Assembly (NCBI GenBank): GCA_016699575.1
Contig: CP064979.1
Location: 400,824 to 464,823, forward strand
Length of the DNA stretch: 64,000 nt
From: Flavobacteriales bacterium
Lineage (GTDB): Bacteria > Bacteroidota > Bacteroidia > Flavobacteriales_F > PHOS-HE28
Reading direction: 5' to 3'
The notes below the pieces were generated by a model. It was not told the origin of the DNA. It was given only the letters and a program-made list of their open reading frames with translations, and ran no database searches. Position numbers and translations under genes: made by a program. This document shows, piece by piece, positions 16,965-27,364 of the stretch (the stretch's first letter is position 1; the number at the start of each line of letters is the position of its first letter).

Positions 16965-19426
16965 TCAACGAGGACATCAGCCAGCGGAACCTCAATTTCG
17001 AGAGCTACCGCGAGCGGATCACGAACTTCAGCAATGAGTTCGAGCTTGGCTTGTTCCTGTACATTTTCAAGCGTTCCTCGATCTGGATCGGCATGTGCCT
17101 TTTGCTGGCCGGCACGGCCGCGTTCCTGTACATGCGCTACACCCCCAAGAGCTACGAGAGCAAGGCGTTGATGCAATTCCAGCAGAGCAACACCGCCCAG
17201 CAAGTGCTGAACGTGGACCAGTTCCTGGAAGCGCAGAACCTTACGGCCGATGTGGAACTGCTCCACTCGAGGTTCTTTCTACTGCGCGCCCTGAAACGCA
17301 TCCCCATGGAGGTGAGCTATTTCTCGAAGGGCAGCATCCTGACGAACGAGCTCTATGTGGGCAGCCCGCTGGTCCTCGAAGACCTTCAAGTACTGGACGA
17401 GCGGATCCGTGAGACCCCCATCGGCATTACATCGGCAGGTACCGGAACCGCGGAACTATCCTATACCCTTGACAAGGAAGTGGATCGGACGGTGATGAAC
17501 GGAACGCGGATAACAACCCCGCACTTCACCGCCACTGTGCGTTTGGACGGCCCCGGCCTTGACGCCAAGTTGGCCGCCGGTGATCAGCTCTACCTGAAAG
17601 TGAACAACGCGCAGTCCTTGGCCGGGAAGCTTGCCGGCCAGGTCGGCGTGCGGATCGTGGATCCGCATGCCAAAACCGTGGCGGTAACGTGCGTGGACAA
17701 CAACGAGTACATAGCCCGCGACGTGGTGAAAGCCATTATCGAGGAATTCGCCGAGTACGATGTTGAACGTCGCCGCGAAAGTTCCGAGAGCATCCTTCGG
17801 TTCATCGCGTCACAAAAAGACACGGTGTTCAATGAACTGCGCAAGAACGAGTTCGACCTGAAGTACCTGCAGACCACCAACAGGGTGAGCGACAAATCCG
17901 GCCTCACAGCGATCTATTTGAGCAGGCAGGAGGACTACGAGAACAAGATGGCCGAGGTGCGCATAGAGGAGAACCTGTTGAGCGAGATCGAGCGAGCCAC
18001 GCTGGCCCAGGACGCATCTGTTGATGTACACCACCTTATACCCCTGCTGGTGGGCACCCCGTACGCACAAACGTTCGATGAACTGATCCGCCACCTCAGG
18101 GCCATGTTGGCCGAACGCGACCTTATGGCCACGGAGGCCACTCCGAGCCACACCGGGTTGAAAGCCTTGGACGACCGGATCCAGGTGCAACGGACCATGA
18201 TCATCGAGAGCGTGGCGCACATGCGCGAGCGTTTCGCCCGCCGTAAAGCCCAATACGAACAGCAGCTCAGCGAATTCGAGCGCCAATTCCTCGCACTTCC
18301 TGAAAAAGAGCTCGAGTTCGCCCGGCTCTCGCGGCTCTACAACATCAACGAGAAATACTACACGCAGTTGCTCGAGAAGGACATCGAATACCGTATCAGC
18401 CGGGCCGGTTTCGTTTCGGGCAACAGGACTTTGGAAGAACCCGAACTGGCCAAGGCGGCAGTGGCCCCCGATGGCCGCTTGGTGTACGTCTCCTACCTGA
18501 GCGTCGGGGCGGTGATCGCGCTGTTGATCATCCTGGTCCGGTACATTCTCCACGACAACATCACGTCCCTGTTCGACATCGCCAAGCAGTCCCAAGCGTC
18601 CATCGGGATCCTGGGTATGATCCCGAAGTACAAGAAGGAGATCCCCATCAGCCAATTGCTGGTGGACAAGAACCCGAAGAGCCTGATCGCGGAGAGCTTC
18701 AGGACCATTAGGACCAATCTGCAGTTCGTCGACAATACCACGGGATCGAAGATCATCGCCATCACCAGCACGATCAGTGGCGAGGGCAAGACCTTCGTGG
18801 CCATCAACCTTGCCGGCATCATCAGCTTCAGCGGCAAGCGTGTTATCGTGCTCGACCTTGACATGCGCAAACCGAAGATCCACCTCGGCTTCGGCGTGGA
18901 GAACATCCGGGGCATGAGCACCCTGCTTATCGGGAAGGATGCCTTGGAGAATTGCATCAACCACAGCACGATCCCCGGCCTCGACTTCATTACCGCCGGC
19001 CCCATACCGCCGAACCCCTCGGAGCTCATCATCAGTGATATCATGGGCCAGCTCCTCGATCGCCTCAAAGGCATGTACGACATCATCCTCATCGACAACC
19101 CACCCGTGGGCCTTGTTACCGACGGCCTGGCCATGATCCAGAAGGCGGACTACCCGATCTACATCTTCAGGAGCGACTACAGCAAGAAACAGTTCGTGCA
19201 GAACGTGGACCGGATGATCAACGAGAACAAGATCACCAAGATGAGCGCCATCCTGAACGGCGTGGACATCGACCGCAACAAGTACGGCTACAATTATGGT
19301 TACGGTTACGGCTATGGCTACGGTTACGGCTATGGGTACGGTGGGTATTACGAGGACCGAGGCAAGGACCAAGACTCGGTGAAGCTCCCGTTCGGCCTGG
19401 GGAACCGCAAGAAGAAGGGTGCATGA
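16961..19426 (+). CDS. wzc: polysaccharide co-polymerase / BY tyrosine autokinase (Wzc/GumC family) with a Gly-Tyr repeat tail
   Basis: N-terminal TM and coiled-coil Wzz region. Walker A ITSTISGEGKT, Walker A' VLDLDMRKP, Walker B IILIDNPPV. C-terminal YGYNYGYGYGYGYGYGYGYGGYY. Confidence 0.8.
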   Translation: MINEDISQRNLNFESYRERITNFSNEFELGLFLYIFKRSSIWIGMCLLLAGTAAFLYMRYTPKSYESKALMQFQQSNTAQQVLNVDQFLEAQNLTADVELLHSRFFLLRALKRIPMEVSYFSKGSILTNELYVGSPLVLEDLQVLDERIRETPIGITSAGTGTAELSYTLDKEVDRTVMNGTRITTPHFTATVRLDGPGLDAKLAAGDQLYLKVNNAQSLAGKLAGQVGVRIVDPHAKTVAVTCVDNNEYIARDVVKAIIEEFAEYDVERRRESSESILRFIASQKDTVFNELRKNEFDLKYLQTTNRVSDKSGLTAIYLSRQEDYENKMAEVRIEENLLSEIERATLAQDASVDVHHLIPLLVGTPYAQTFDELIRHLRAMLAERDLMATEATPSHTGLKALDDRIQVQRTMIIESVAHMRERFARRKAQYEQQLSEFERQFLALPEKELEFARLSRLYNINEKYYTQLLEKDIEYRISRAGFVSGNRTLEEPELAKAAVAPDGRLVYVSYLSVGAVIALLIILVRYILHDNITSLFDIAKQSQASIGILGMIPKYKKEIPISQLLVDKNPKSLIAESFRTIRTNLQFVDNTTGSKIIAITSTISGEGKTFVAINLAGIISFSGKRVIVLDLDMRKPKIHLGFGVENIRGMSTLLIGKDALENCINHSTIPGLDFITAGPIPPNPSELIISDIMGQLLDRLKGMYDIILIDNPPVGLVTDGLAMIQKADYPIYIFRSDYSKKQFVQNVDRMINENKITKMSAILNGVDIDRNKYGYNYGYGYGYGYGYGYGYGGYYEDRGKDQDSVKLPFGLGNRKKKGA

Positions 19427-19974
19427 CCGTTGAGACCACCCCCCTGCACGGGCTGCTCGTTCTCGTCCCGAGGATCTTCAGTGACGACCGCGGATGGTTC
19501 TTTGAATCGTTCAACGCCCGTGGCTTCATGGAGCGCACCGGCGTTGAGCCCCATTTCGTCCAGGACAACGAAAGCCGATCGGCCGCGAACGTGCTCCGAG
19601 GCCTCCACATCCAAGCCGAACCGCACAGTCAAGGAAAATTGGTGCGCGTGGTCTGTGGTGCGGTGCTCGACGTGTGCGTTGATGTCCGACCTGGTAGCCC
19701 AACGTTCGGGCGGCACTTCGCCATGCGCCTGGACGGCCGGGAAAAGAAAATGCTTTGGATACCCGAAGGTTTCGCACACGGTTTCCTCTCCTTGGAGGAA
19801 GGAACGGTGTTCAACTACAAATGCACCCGGTTCTTCAACCCTGCGAGCGAACGGACCATACTCTGGAACGACCCGGCCCTTGGTATCGCGTGGGGCGTGG
19901 ATGCTCCCATGGTCAGCGATAAGGACCGCAAAGGAATCCCGTTGCAGGAATACGCAGCAACAGTGCACGCCTGA
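19423..19974 (+). CDS. rfbC: dTDP-4-dehydrorhamnose 3,5-epimerase
   Basis: Cupin motifs RGLHIQ....QGKLVRVVCGAVLDVCVD and WIPEGFAHGF. Confidence 0.9.
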   Translation: MTVETTPLHGLLVLVPRIFSDDRGWFFESFNARGFMERTGVEPHFVQDNESRSAANVLRGLHIQAEPHSQGKLVRVVCGAVLDVCVDVRPGSPTFGRHFAMRLDGREKKMLWIPEGFAHGFLSLEEGTVFNYKCTRFFNPASERTILWNDPALGIAWGVDAPMVSDKDRKGIPLQEYAATVHA

Positions 19975-19977
19975 GCC

Positions 19978-21057
19978 ATGTACAGCGGCAGCCAGCTCTT
20001 CCTCATCCTAGCCGGGCTCTTTTTCGCTGCACTGGCGTTCAGTCTTCTGGTGAATTCGGTTTTCATGCGTTTTGCGAAGACGCTTGGCCTGCGTGAAACG
20101 AAAGTGCAGCACACGCGCTGGAGCAGTGCGAGCAAGCCGGCCTTCGGCGGGATCGGCTTCTTCATCGTTTTCCTCGGGGCTTTTTCGTTCTACAGTGCGC
20201 TGTTCCCAGGGCACGGCGGACCGCTGCAGCCTGAACTGCTCGGGTTGTTGGCGGCTACTGCACTGGGCTTTCTCATGGGCCTTGCAGATGATGCCTACAA
20301 TACGCGCCCCCTGCTCAAGTTCAGCGTTCAGGTCGCCTGCGGGATCATCCTCATCACCTCAGGCTCGTGCATCCATATGTTCGACGCGGCCTGGGCCAAC
20401 TGGCTGCTTACCATTCTTTGGACCGTGGGCATGATGAACAGCATCAATATGCTGGACAACATGGACGCCATCACCACCACCGTCAGCCTGTTCATCGTGG
20501 CAGCGGCCATCACCGTGCTGCACTTCCAGGAACGCGATGAAAGCGTGCACATGGTGATATGCGTGGGCGTGCTGGCCAGCTTGTGCGGTTTCCTTTTCTA
20601 CAACTGGCACCCAAGCCGCATGTTCATGGGCGATACCGGCAGCCAGTTCCTGGGCGTCTTCCTTGCATGGACCGGGGTTCAGTGCTTCTGGAACCCAGGG
20701 CCTGACCAAGGGCACCCTGACGCTTTGCGGCAGGCATTTTCGGCGTTGATCGTCTTCCTTTTGCCCATTGTGGATACGACGGTCGTCACCATCAACCGCA
20801 TCGGCCGTGGGTCCTCCCCGTTCATTGGCGGCAAGGACCACACGACCCATCATTTGGGCTACGCCGGATTGAGCGACCCACAGGTAGCCATGGTCTTTGC
20901 TGGACTTTCGGCGGTGAACTTATTGTTGGCGTTCGTTGTTGTTCGGTTCATTCCGGTTTGGATGCCGCTGCACAGCGCGATCTTCGCCACATACGCCGTG
21001 GTGGTTTTCCTCACGCTCTTCTTCTTCACCCGTCGCACCAAGCCTCCATTGGAATGA
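19978..21057 (+). CDS. wecA: undecaprenyl-phosphate sugar-1-phosphate transferase (WecA/MraY-like GT4 family)
   Basis: Multi-pass membrane protein with DDxxN-like ADDAYN, NSINMLDNMD and MGDTGSQFLG motifs. Confidence 0.8.
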   Translation: MYSGSQLFLILAGLFFAALAFSLLVNSVFMRFAKTLGLRETKVQHTRWSSASKPAFGGIGFFIVFLGAFSFYSALFPGHGGPLQPELLGLLAATALGFLMGLADDAYNTRPLLKFSVQVACGIILITSGSCIHMFDAAWANWLLTILWTVGMMNSINMLDNMDAITTTVSLFIVAAAITVLHFQERDESVHMVICVGVLASLCGFLFYNWHPSRMFMGDTGSQFLGVFLAWTGVQCFWNPGPDQGHPDALRQAFSALIVFLLPIVDTTVVTINRIGRGSSPFIGGKDHTTHHLGYAGLSDPQVAMVFAGLSAVNLLLAFVVVRFIPVWMPLHSAIFATYAVVVFLTLFFFTRRTKPPLE

Positions 21058-22013
21058 ACGTGTTGATGCGCATCTCGGTCAAATCGCTCACTTGGCTCAT
21101 GCTCATGGCTGCCGGGGCATTGACCATCCATGTGCTGGCGTTCTCCTGCACTCCGGTCGGCACGGACGAGGACCACCGTCGGCTTTTCAATGACAACTAC
21201 AAGATCTTCTCGCTCACCCTGCCGGACAACATCGACTTCTGCGGCGAGAAAGTGCCCATGGAATTACTCGACGTACGCGAGCGTCTCGACCGCGAGCTGC
21301 TCGTGAACACCTACTGGCAGAGCAACAGCCTATTGGCCCACAAACGTGCAGCACGTTGGTTCCCGGTCATTGAAGCCGTGCTGGCCAGGGAGGGCGTGCC
21401 CGACGACGTAAAGTACCTCTCCTTGATCGAGAGCGGGCTTACCAACGCCGTGTCGCCCATGGGCGCCACGGGTTTCTGGCAGTTCATGAGAGAGACCGCG
21501 CCTAAATACGGCCTTGAGGTCAGCGCCGAGGTGGACGAGCGTTATCACGTGGTCAAGAGCACCGAAGCCGCGTGCAAGTACCTGAAGGAGAACCACGCCA
21601 AATACGGTTCCTGGAGCATGGCCGCGGCCGCCTACAATCTGGGTCCCGGGGGACTCGACAAACAAGTGGGAAGGCAGAAGAACAGCGATTACTTCGCGCT
21701 GCTGCTGCCGGACGAAACTTCTCGGTACGTGTTCCGCATCCTGGCCGCCAAGGAGATCATCCGCGACCCGGCGCGCTACGGGTTCCACCTGCGGCAAAAA
21801 GACCTATATCGGCCCTACCGGACACGCACTGTAACCGTAACAGGTGCCGTGGAGGACCTGGCCGACTTCGCTATCCGGCAAGGGACCGATTACAAGACAT
21901 TGAAACTGTTGAACCCCTGGTTGCGCGACGCGAAGTTGACCAACGCCAAGGGCAAGACCTACGAGGTGCTGTTGCCCGCGGAGGATTTCGACACAGCGAA
22001 CGACGACGAGTGA
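21054..22013 (+). CDS. lytic transglycosylase domain protein (SLT/MltD-like)
   Basis: Signal peptide. SLT catalytic region [24 protein letters not shown]...AAAYNLG. The start overlaps the wecA stop (ATGA). Confidence 0.7.
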   Translation: MNVLMRISVKSLTWLMLMAAGALTIHVLAFSCTPVGTDEDHRRLFNDNYKIFSLTLPDNIDFCGEKVPMELLDVRERLDRELLVNTYWQSNSLLAHKRAARWFPVIEAVLAREGVPDDVKYLSLIESGLTNAVSPMGATGFWQFMRETAPKYGLEVSAEVDERYHVVKSTEAACKYLKENHAKYGSWSMAAAAYNLGPGGLDKQVGRQKNSDYFALLLPDETSRYVFRILAAKEIIRDPARYGFHLRQKDLYRPYRTRTVTVTGAVEDLADFAIRQGTDYKTLKLLNPWLRDAKLTNAKGKTYEVLLPAEDFDTANDDE

Positions 22014-24892
22014 GCAAGAAGGCAGCGGCCGCGCGGAAACCAAGCGCCAAAGGCCAGGAGAACGGGCTGGAACATGCACCCGTGGAGCAGGAGTACGTTG
22101 AAGTGCTCGGTGCCCGCGTGCACAATCTCAAGAACATAGATGTTCGCATCCCGCGCGAAAAGCTCACCGTGATCACAGGTCTCAGTGGAAGCGGCAAGAG
22201 CAGCTTGGCCTTCGACACACTGCACGCCGAGGGACAACGCCGTTACATCGAGACGTTCAACGCCTACGCGCGCCAGTTCCTCGGTGGCATCGAACGGCCG
22301 GACGTGGACCTGATCACAGGGCTCAGCCCGGTCATCGCCATCGAGCAGAAGACCATCAGTCGCAACCCCCGGAGCACGGTGGGTACGATCACGGAGATCT
22401 ACGACCTGCTGCGCCTGCTGTACGCGCGCGTCGGCGAGGCCTACAGTTACGTCAGCGGTGAACGCATGGTGCGCTACACCGATGCACAGATCACCGACCT
22501 CATCCTGCACGACTTCAACGGCCACGACATCCAGGTGCTGGCCCCGCTCGTGCGCGGGCGCAAGGGCCACTACCGGGAGCTGTTCGAACAGTTGCTGCGG
22601 CAAGGTTTCCTGAAGGCACGGGTGGACGGGTCGTTGATGGACCTGAGCACCCGACCGCGGCTCGATCGCTACAAAGTCCACGACATTGAACTTGTCGTTG
22701 ATCGCTTCCGCGTAAAAGAGGACGCGCGAAAACGCGTTGCAGACAGCTGCAACACCGCGTTGAAGTACGGGAAGGGCAACCTTATTGTACTCGATACCGT
22801 GGGCAACAATGTGCGCTACCTCAGTCGGCACCTCATGTGCCCGACCACCGGCATCGCCTATGAGGAGCCCGAACCGAACCTGTTCAGCTTCAACAGCCCC
22901 TATGGTGCTTGTCCACGTTGCAGCGGGTTGGGACAGGTCACGGCTGTCGCATTGGACAAGATCGTTCCCGACCGCCGCAAGAGCATCAAGAAAGGTGCGA
23001 TCGTCCCATTGGGAGCCTTCAAGTCCAGCTGGGTGTTCAAGCAGGTGGAGGCCGTGCTGAGCAATTTCGGCCACGACCTCGATACGCCTGTCGAGGAAAT
23101 GGACGATGCCGTACTGGCCGCATTGCTCAACGGTATGGACGAGCCACTGCGCGTAAGCAGCAATATTGGCCTGAGCGATCGCACGGTACAGTTCGAAGGG
23201 ATCATACCCTACATCCTGGAGCAGGCCGAGGAAGGCCCGAAAACCGCACAGAAGTGGGCGGAAGGCTTCACGCACATGATCGCCTGTCCGGAGTGCAACG
23301 GGGCCCGCCTGAAGAAGACCGCACTGCATTTCAGGATCGGCGGGAAGAACGTGAGCGAAGTGGCGCAATTGAGCATTGCGGACCTGCATGCCCACTTCAA
23401 GCAATTGGGCGGAAGTTTGGAAGGGAACGCGGCGGTTATCGCCCACGACATCCTGAAGGAAGTGACCGCACGCAGCGGGTTCCTGCTCGATGTGGGACTG
23501 GATTACCTGACCTTGGACCGCAGCGCGCGCACGCTGAGCGGCGGCGAGGCGCAACGCATCCGGTTGGCCACGCAGATCGGTGCGCAGCTCACCGGTGTGC
23601 TCTACATCCTCGATGAACCCAGCATCGGGTTGCATCAGCGCGACAACCAACGGCTCATCAATAGTCTGCGGCAGTTGCGGGATGGCGGCAACACGGTGAT
23701 CGTCGTGGAGCACGACAAGGAGATGATGCTCAGCAGCGACCACATCATCGACATCGGGCCGGGAGCAGGCGAGCACGGTGGCCGCATCGTGGCCGAGGGC
23801 TCGCCAAAGACCCTGTTGGCCGACGACAGTGAAACGGCGCAGTACCTGCGAGGTGATAAGACCGTACCCGTGCCGAAGCAACGGCGCCAGGGTTCAGGCA
23901 AGAGATTGGTCCTGCGCGGTGCGAGCGGCAACAATCTAAAGGACGTGGACATCGAACTGCCGCTGGGCAAGTTCATCTGCATCACGGGGGTGAGCGGCAG
24001 CGGCAAGAGCTCGCTCATCGGCGACACGCTCTACCCGATCCTGAGCAAGCATTTCTACCGCAGCGACATGAAGCCGCTGCCGTACAAAAAGGTTGAAGGG
24101 CTCGAGCACATCGACAAGGTCATCGAAGTGGACCAAAGCCCGATCGGCCGCAGCCCGCGCAGCAACCCGGCCACCTACATCGGGCTCTTCGACCACATCC
24201 GCACGCTGTACGCCAACCTGCCCAGTGCCAAGATCCGCGGATACAAGAACGGCCGCTTCAGCTTCAACACCTCCGGAGGCCGTTGCGAAACCTGCAAAGG
24301 GGCCGGGGTGCGCACCATCGGCATGAACTTCCTGCCCGATGTGCACGTGCCTTGCGAAACGTGCCGCGGCAAGCGCTACGACCGCGAGACCCTTGAAGTC
24401 CGTTTCAAGGGCAAGAGCATCAGCGATGTGCTGGACATGAGCGTGGAGGACGCGCATGCGATCTTCAGCGATGTGCCGCAGATCGCACTGAAGTTGCGCA
24501 CGCTGCTCGATGTAGGGCTCTCTTACTTGCGCTTGGGGCAAAGCAGCACCACCCTCAGCGGCGGCGAGGCCCAACGCATCAAACTGGCCACCGAGCTCAG
24601 CAAGCGCGATACGGGCAACACGTTCTACATCCTCGACGAGCCGACCACCGGACTGCACTTCGAAGACGTTCGACAGCTCATCGGCGTGCTGAACCGGCTG
24701 GTGGACCACGGCAACACGGTCCTGGTCATCGAGCACAACCTCGACATCATCAAGACAGCTGACCACGTGGTGGACATGGGGCCCGAAGGCGGGTCAGGTG
24801 GTGGACGCATCACTGCGCGCGGCACACCGGAGGAAGTCGCGTTGATGGGAAAGGGCCATACGGCAGGTTTCCTGGAACAGGAACTGGCCTGA
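22010..24892 (+). CDS. uvrA: excinuclease ABC subunit A
   Basis: Two ABC modules ([18 protein letters not shown]; LSGGEAQR x2), zinc-finger Cys clusters, and UvrA-specific insertions. I chose a GTG start overlapping the upstream stop. The longer ORF-track start at 21572 is an in-frame extension over the previous gene. Confidence 0.93.
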   Translation: MSKKAAAARKPSAKGQENGLEHAPVEQEYVEVLGARVHNLKNIDVRIPREKLTVITGLSGSGKSSLAFDTLHAEGQRRYIETFNAYARQFLGGIERPDVDLITGLSPVIAIEQKTISRNPRSTVGTITEIYDLLRLLYARVGEAYSYVSGERMVRYTDAQITDLILHDFNGHDIQVLAPLVRGRKGHYRELFEQLLRQGFLKARVDGSLMDLSTRPRLDRYKVHDIELVVDRFRVKEDARKRVADSCNTALKYGKGNLIVLDTVGNNVRYLSRHLMCPTTGIAYEEPEPNLFSFNSPYGACPRCSGLGQVTAVALDKIVPDRRKSIKKGAIVPLGAFKSSWVFKQVEAVLSNFGHDLDTPVEEMDDAVLAALLNGMDEPLRVSSNIGLSDRTVQFEGIIPYILEQAEEGPKTAQKWAEGFTHMIACPECNGARLKKTALHFRIGGKNVSEVAQLSIADLHAHFKQLGGSLEGNAAVIAHDILKEVTARSGFLLDVGLDYLTLDRSARTLSGGEAQRIRLATQIGAQLTGVLYILDEPSIGLHQRDNQRLINSLRQLRDGGNTVIVVEHDKEMMLSSDHIIDIGPGAGEHGGRIVAEGSPKTLLADDSETAQYLRGDKTVPVPKQRRQGSGKRLVLRGASGNNLKDVDIELPLGKFICITGVSGSGKSSLIGDTLYPILSKHFYRSDMKPLPYKKVEGLEHIDKVIEVDQSPIGRSPRSNPATYIGLFDHIRTLYANLPSAKIRGYKNGRFSFNTSGGRCETCKGAGVRTIGMNFLPDVHVPCETCRGKRYDRETLEVRFKGKSISDVLDMSVEDAHAIFSDVPQIALKLRTLLDVGLSYLRLGQSSTTLSGGEAQRIKLATELSKRDTGNTFYILDEPTTGLHFEDVRQLIGVLNRLVDHGNTVLVIEHNLDIIKTADHVVDMGPEGGSGGGRITARGTPEEVALMGKGHTAGFLEQELA

Positions 24893-24988
24893 CGGGTTGT
24901 AAGCAGCTCCCTGTGGGTTAATGCGCGATCGCGCGCCAATGTGCTGCCCCTGCTGGTATTCCTTCGCGTTACATCCGAGCATTGGACC

Positions 24989-25735
24989 ATGGCGAAGCAG
25001 AAGACCCCCGCGAAGCAACAACACGTCGATGAAGGTGAGCGCCGTATCCAGCGCGCCTTCAAGCGCAAGGGCTGGAGCGAAGTGAAGGCCAACGACAGCT
25101 GGGCGATCTTCAAGATCATGAGCGAATTCGTGGAGGGCTTCGCTGCCATGCAACGCATCCGCCCTTGCGTGAGCGTGTTCGGCAGTGCGCGCACCGCGGA
25201 GGACAAGGCCGAATACAAGATGGCGGAAGAGGTCGGGTTCCTGCTCACCAAACGCGGTTACGGTGTCATCACCGGCGGGGGTCCAGGCATCATGGAAGCG
25301 GCCAACAAGGGTGCCAAACGCGGCGGTGGCACCAGCGTTGGGCTCAACATCGAACTGCCCTTCGAGCAGCAGCCCAATCCGTACATCGACAAAGAGAAGA
25401 GCATCAACTTCGACTACTTCTTCGTGCGCAAGGTGATGTTCATCAAGTACAGCCAGGGCTTCATCGTGATGCCCGGGGGCTTCGGCACGCTCGACGAACT
25501 GTTCGAGGCGCTCACGCTCATCCAAACACAGAAGATCGGTCGGTTCCCCATCATCCTCGTTGGCACGAAATATTGGCAGGGCCTGCTGGAATGGATCAAG
25601 ACCGTGATGGGCGAAAAGCACAAGAACATCAACCCCGCGGACATGGAACTGTTCAGCGTGGTGGATACCGCCGAACAAGCCGTGGACGCCATCGACAAGT
25701 TCTACAGCAAATACATGCTACGGCCCAATTTCTGA
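24989..25735 (+). CDS. LOG family (TIGR00730) nucleotide hydrolase-like protein
   Basis: VFGSART...GGGPGIMEAANKGA...PGGFGTLDELFE are canonical LOG motifs. Confidence 0.85.
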   Translation: MAKQKTPAKQQHVDEGERRIQRAFKRKGWSEVKANDSWAIFKIMSEFVEGFAAMQRIRPCVSVFGSARTAEDKAEYKMAEEVGFLLTKRGYGVITGGGPGIMEAANKGAKRGGGTSVGLNIELPFEQQPNPYIDKEKSINFDYFFVRKVMFIKYSQGFIVMPGGFGTLDELFEALTLIQTQKIGRFPIILVGTKYWQGLLEWIKTVMGEKHKNINPADMELFSVVDTAEQAVDAIDKFYSKYMLRPNF

Positions 25736-25882
25736 GCCTGCGACAGGCGTCTTCGCCATCAACACGAGCCTGTTCGCTTTACCGTTTTCCCCTTGCCTGA
25801 CGCGCCGGGGGGGGCGGGTAGCTTCGTCGCCATCAATGTACGCGCAGGTGCGCGTGCGCAGCGTCAACGAAACCAGCGGCCC

Positions 25883-27334
25883 ATGAGCAATCTCCTCGTC
25901 ATCGTCAATTTGATCGGCCTGTTCTTCATCGACCTTTTCATGCAGAGCGGCATCAACATCACCCACGACCTGCCCTCGACCATGCAGCCGGGCAGCCAGG
26001 TGAAGGTGACGATGAACGTGGAGAAAGGAGCCTTGGGCGGCTTCGCGAAACTGCAGATCGACCTGCCCGAAGGCATGACCGCGACGCTCGTCGACGGAAA
26101 AGGGGCTTCGTTCACCTTCGATGACCAGAAAGCCAAGTTCATCTGGATGAGCCTGCCCATGGCAGCTTCCTTCAGGGTCAGTTTCACGCTGACCGCTTCG
26201 GCCACAGTGAGCGGCAAAATGCCCATCAGCGGTCGCTTCAGCTACATCGAAGACAATGAGCGCAAGACACAGGAGCTGCCTCCCACGGTGGTCGACTTGG
26301 GCGGTGGATCCGCCGTAGCACAAGAAGCCCTTCCGCCGGTTGCCGCACCAGCCACGGAAGTGGTCGAACCAGTTGAGGAAACCGCATCGGCGGAGCCCGT
26401 GGACACGACGCCCATCGACGCCCCGGCCATAACCATCACCGATGCCCCGATGATCCCGGCCAGCCAGGGTGCCGGCAACGTGAGCGCCACGCGCACCATT
26501 ACAATGGTGAGCGAAACCGAACTGCTGGTGGAAGTGTTGGTCAACAAGGGAAGCATCCGTGGTTTCGGCAAACTGCAGGAGTCGCTTCCCGCAGGCTTCA
26601 CTGCCATGGAGAAGAACAACGCAGAAGCCATTTTCACCGCCCAGGACCGGATCGTGAAGTTCGTTTGGCTCAACCTGCCCGCGAGCAACGAAGTGAAGGT
26701 GACCTACAAGCTGCGCAGCAATGCGACCGTGCCCGGCGACCACCAAGTGAACGGGGAGTTCGGCTATCTGTTGAACGACGAAACCCAAAAAGCCACCCTG
26801 GGCAGCACGCGCTTTGCCATTGGTGCCGATGCATGGGCTGCTCATCAAGCCCAGTTGAAGGCGAAGGAACTGGAGGCCTTGGTCATCAACGCGAACTCGC
26901 AGGATGCCAGCGACACCGAGATGGACCGCACCGCGCAAGAAAGTGCTTCGCAGCCCGGTGAACCCAACAACAGCGCAGCGGCCACCAGGATGGAAGACCC
27001 CGTGGCACAACGTCCGGCCAGGCAGAACATCCCCGCTCCCGAGACGGGTATTACCTACAAAGTCCAGATCACTGCCGCGCACCGGGAGGTAGGCAGCGCG
27101 TATTTCGCCGGGCGCCACCGCTACAACGGGGACTTCGGCATTGAGCGCCACGAGGGCTGGATCAAGTACACGACAGGACGCCATGCCGAGTACCGTCAGG
27201 CCCGCGACCAGCGCCAAGCCTTCGTTTCCGCAGGGCACAACTTCCCCGGACCTTTCGTTACGGCCTACAACAACGGCGAGCGCATCACCGTGCAGGAAGC
27301 ACTGATGATCACCCGCCAGAACTGGGTGCAGTAA
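25883..27334 (+). CDS. membrane-anchored hypothetical protein with a C-terminal SPOR-like domain
   Basis: N-terminal TM helix MSNLLVIVNLIGLFFIDLF. An internal Pro/Ala/Thr-rich linker. The C-terminal roughly 80 aa begins YKVQITAAH..., similar to SPOR peptidoglycan-binding repeats. Confidence 0.45.
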   Translation: MSNLLVIVNLIGLFFIDLFMQSGINITHDLPSTMQPGSQVKVTMNVEKGALGGFAKLQIDLPEGMTATLVDGKGASFTFDDQKAKFIWMSLPMAASFRVSFTLTASATVSGKMPISGRFSYIEDNERKTQELPPTVVDLGGGSAVAQEALPPVAAPATEVVEPVEETASAEPVDTTPIDAPAITITDAPMIPASQGAGNVSATRTITMVSETELLVEVLVNKGSIRGFGKLQESLPAGFTAMEKNNAEAIFTAQDRIVKFVWLNLPASNEVKVTYKLRSNATVPGDHQVNGEFGYLLNDETQKATLGSTRFAIGADAWAAHQAQLKAKELEALVINANSQDASDTEMDRTAQESASQPGEPNNSAAATRMEDPVAQRPARQNIPAPETGITYKVQITAAHREVGSAYFAGRHRYNGDFGIERHEGWIKYTTGRHAEYRQARDQRQAFVSAGHNFPGPFVTAYNNGERITVQEALMITRQNWVQ

Positions 27335-27364
27335 CGGCTTCGGCCCGGCGGCTATATTTCGACC

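Noticed and set aside
21572-22009. Upstream extension of the uvrA ORF (ORF-track start 21572)
   Set aside because: The extension is an alternative frame over the lytic transglycosylase gene. UvrA homology begins at the GTG at 22010 ([10 protein letters not shown]...).
25793-25882. Upstream extension of the gene starting at 25883, running across the LOG gene's 3' intergenic region
   Set aside because: A TM-helix start (MSNLLVIVNLIGLFF) at 25883 is a more plausible N-terminus. The upstream part is Ala/Arg/Gly-rich.
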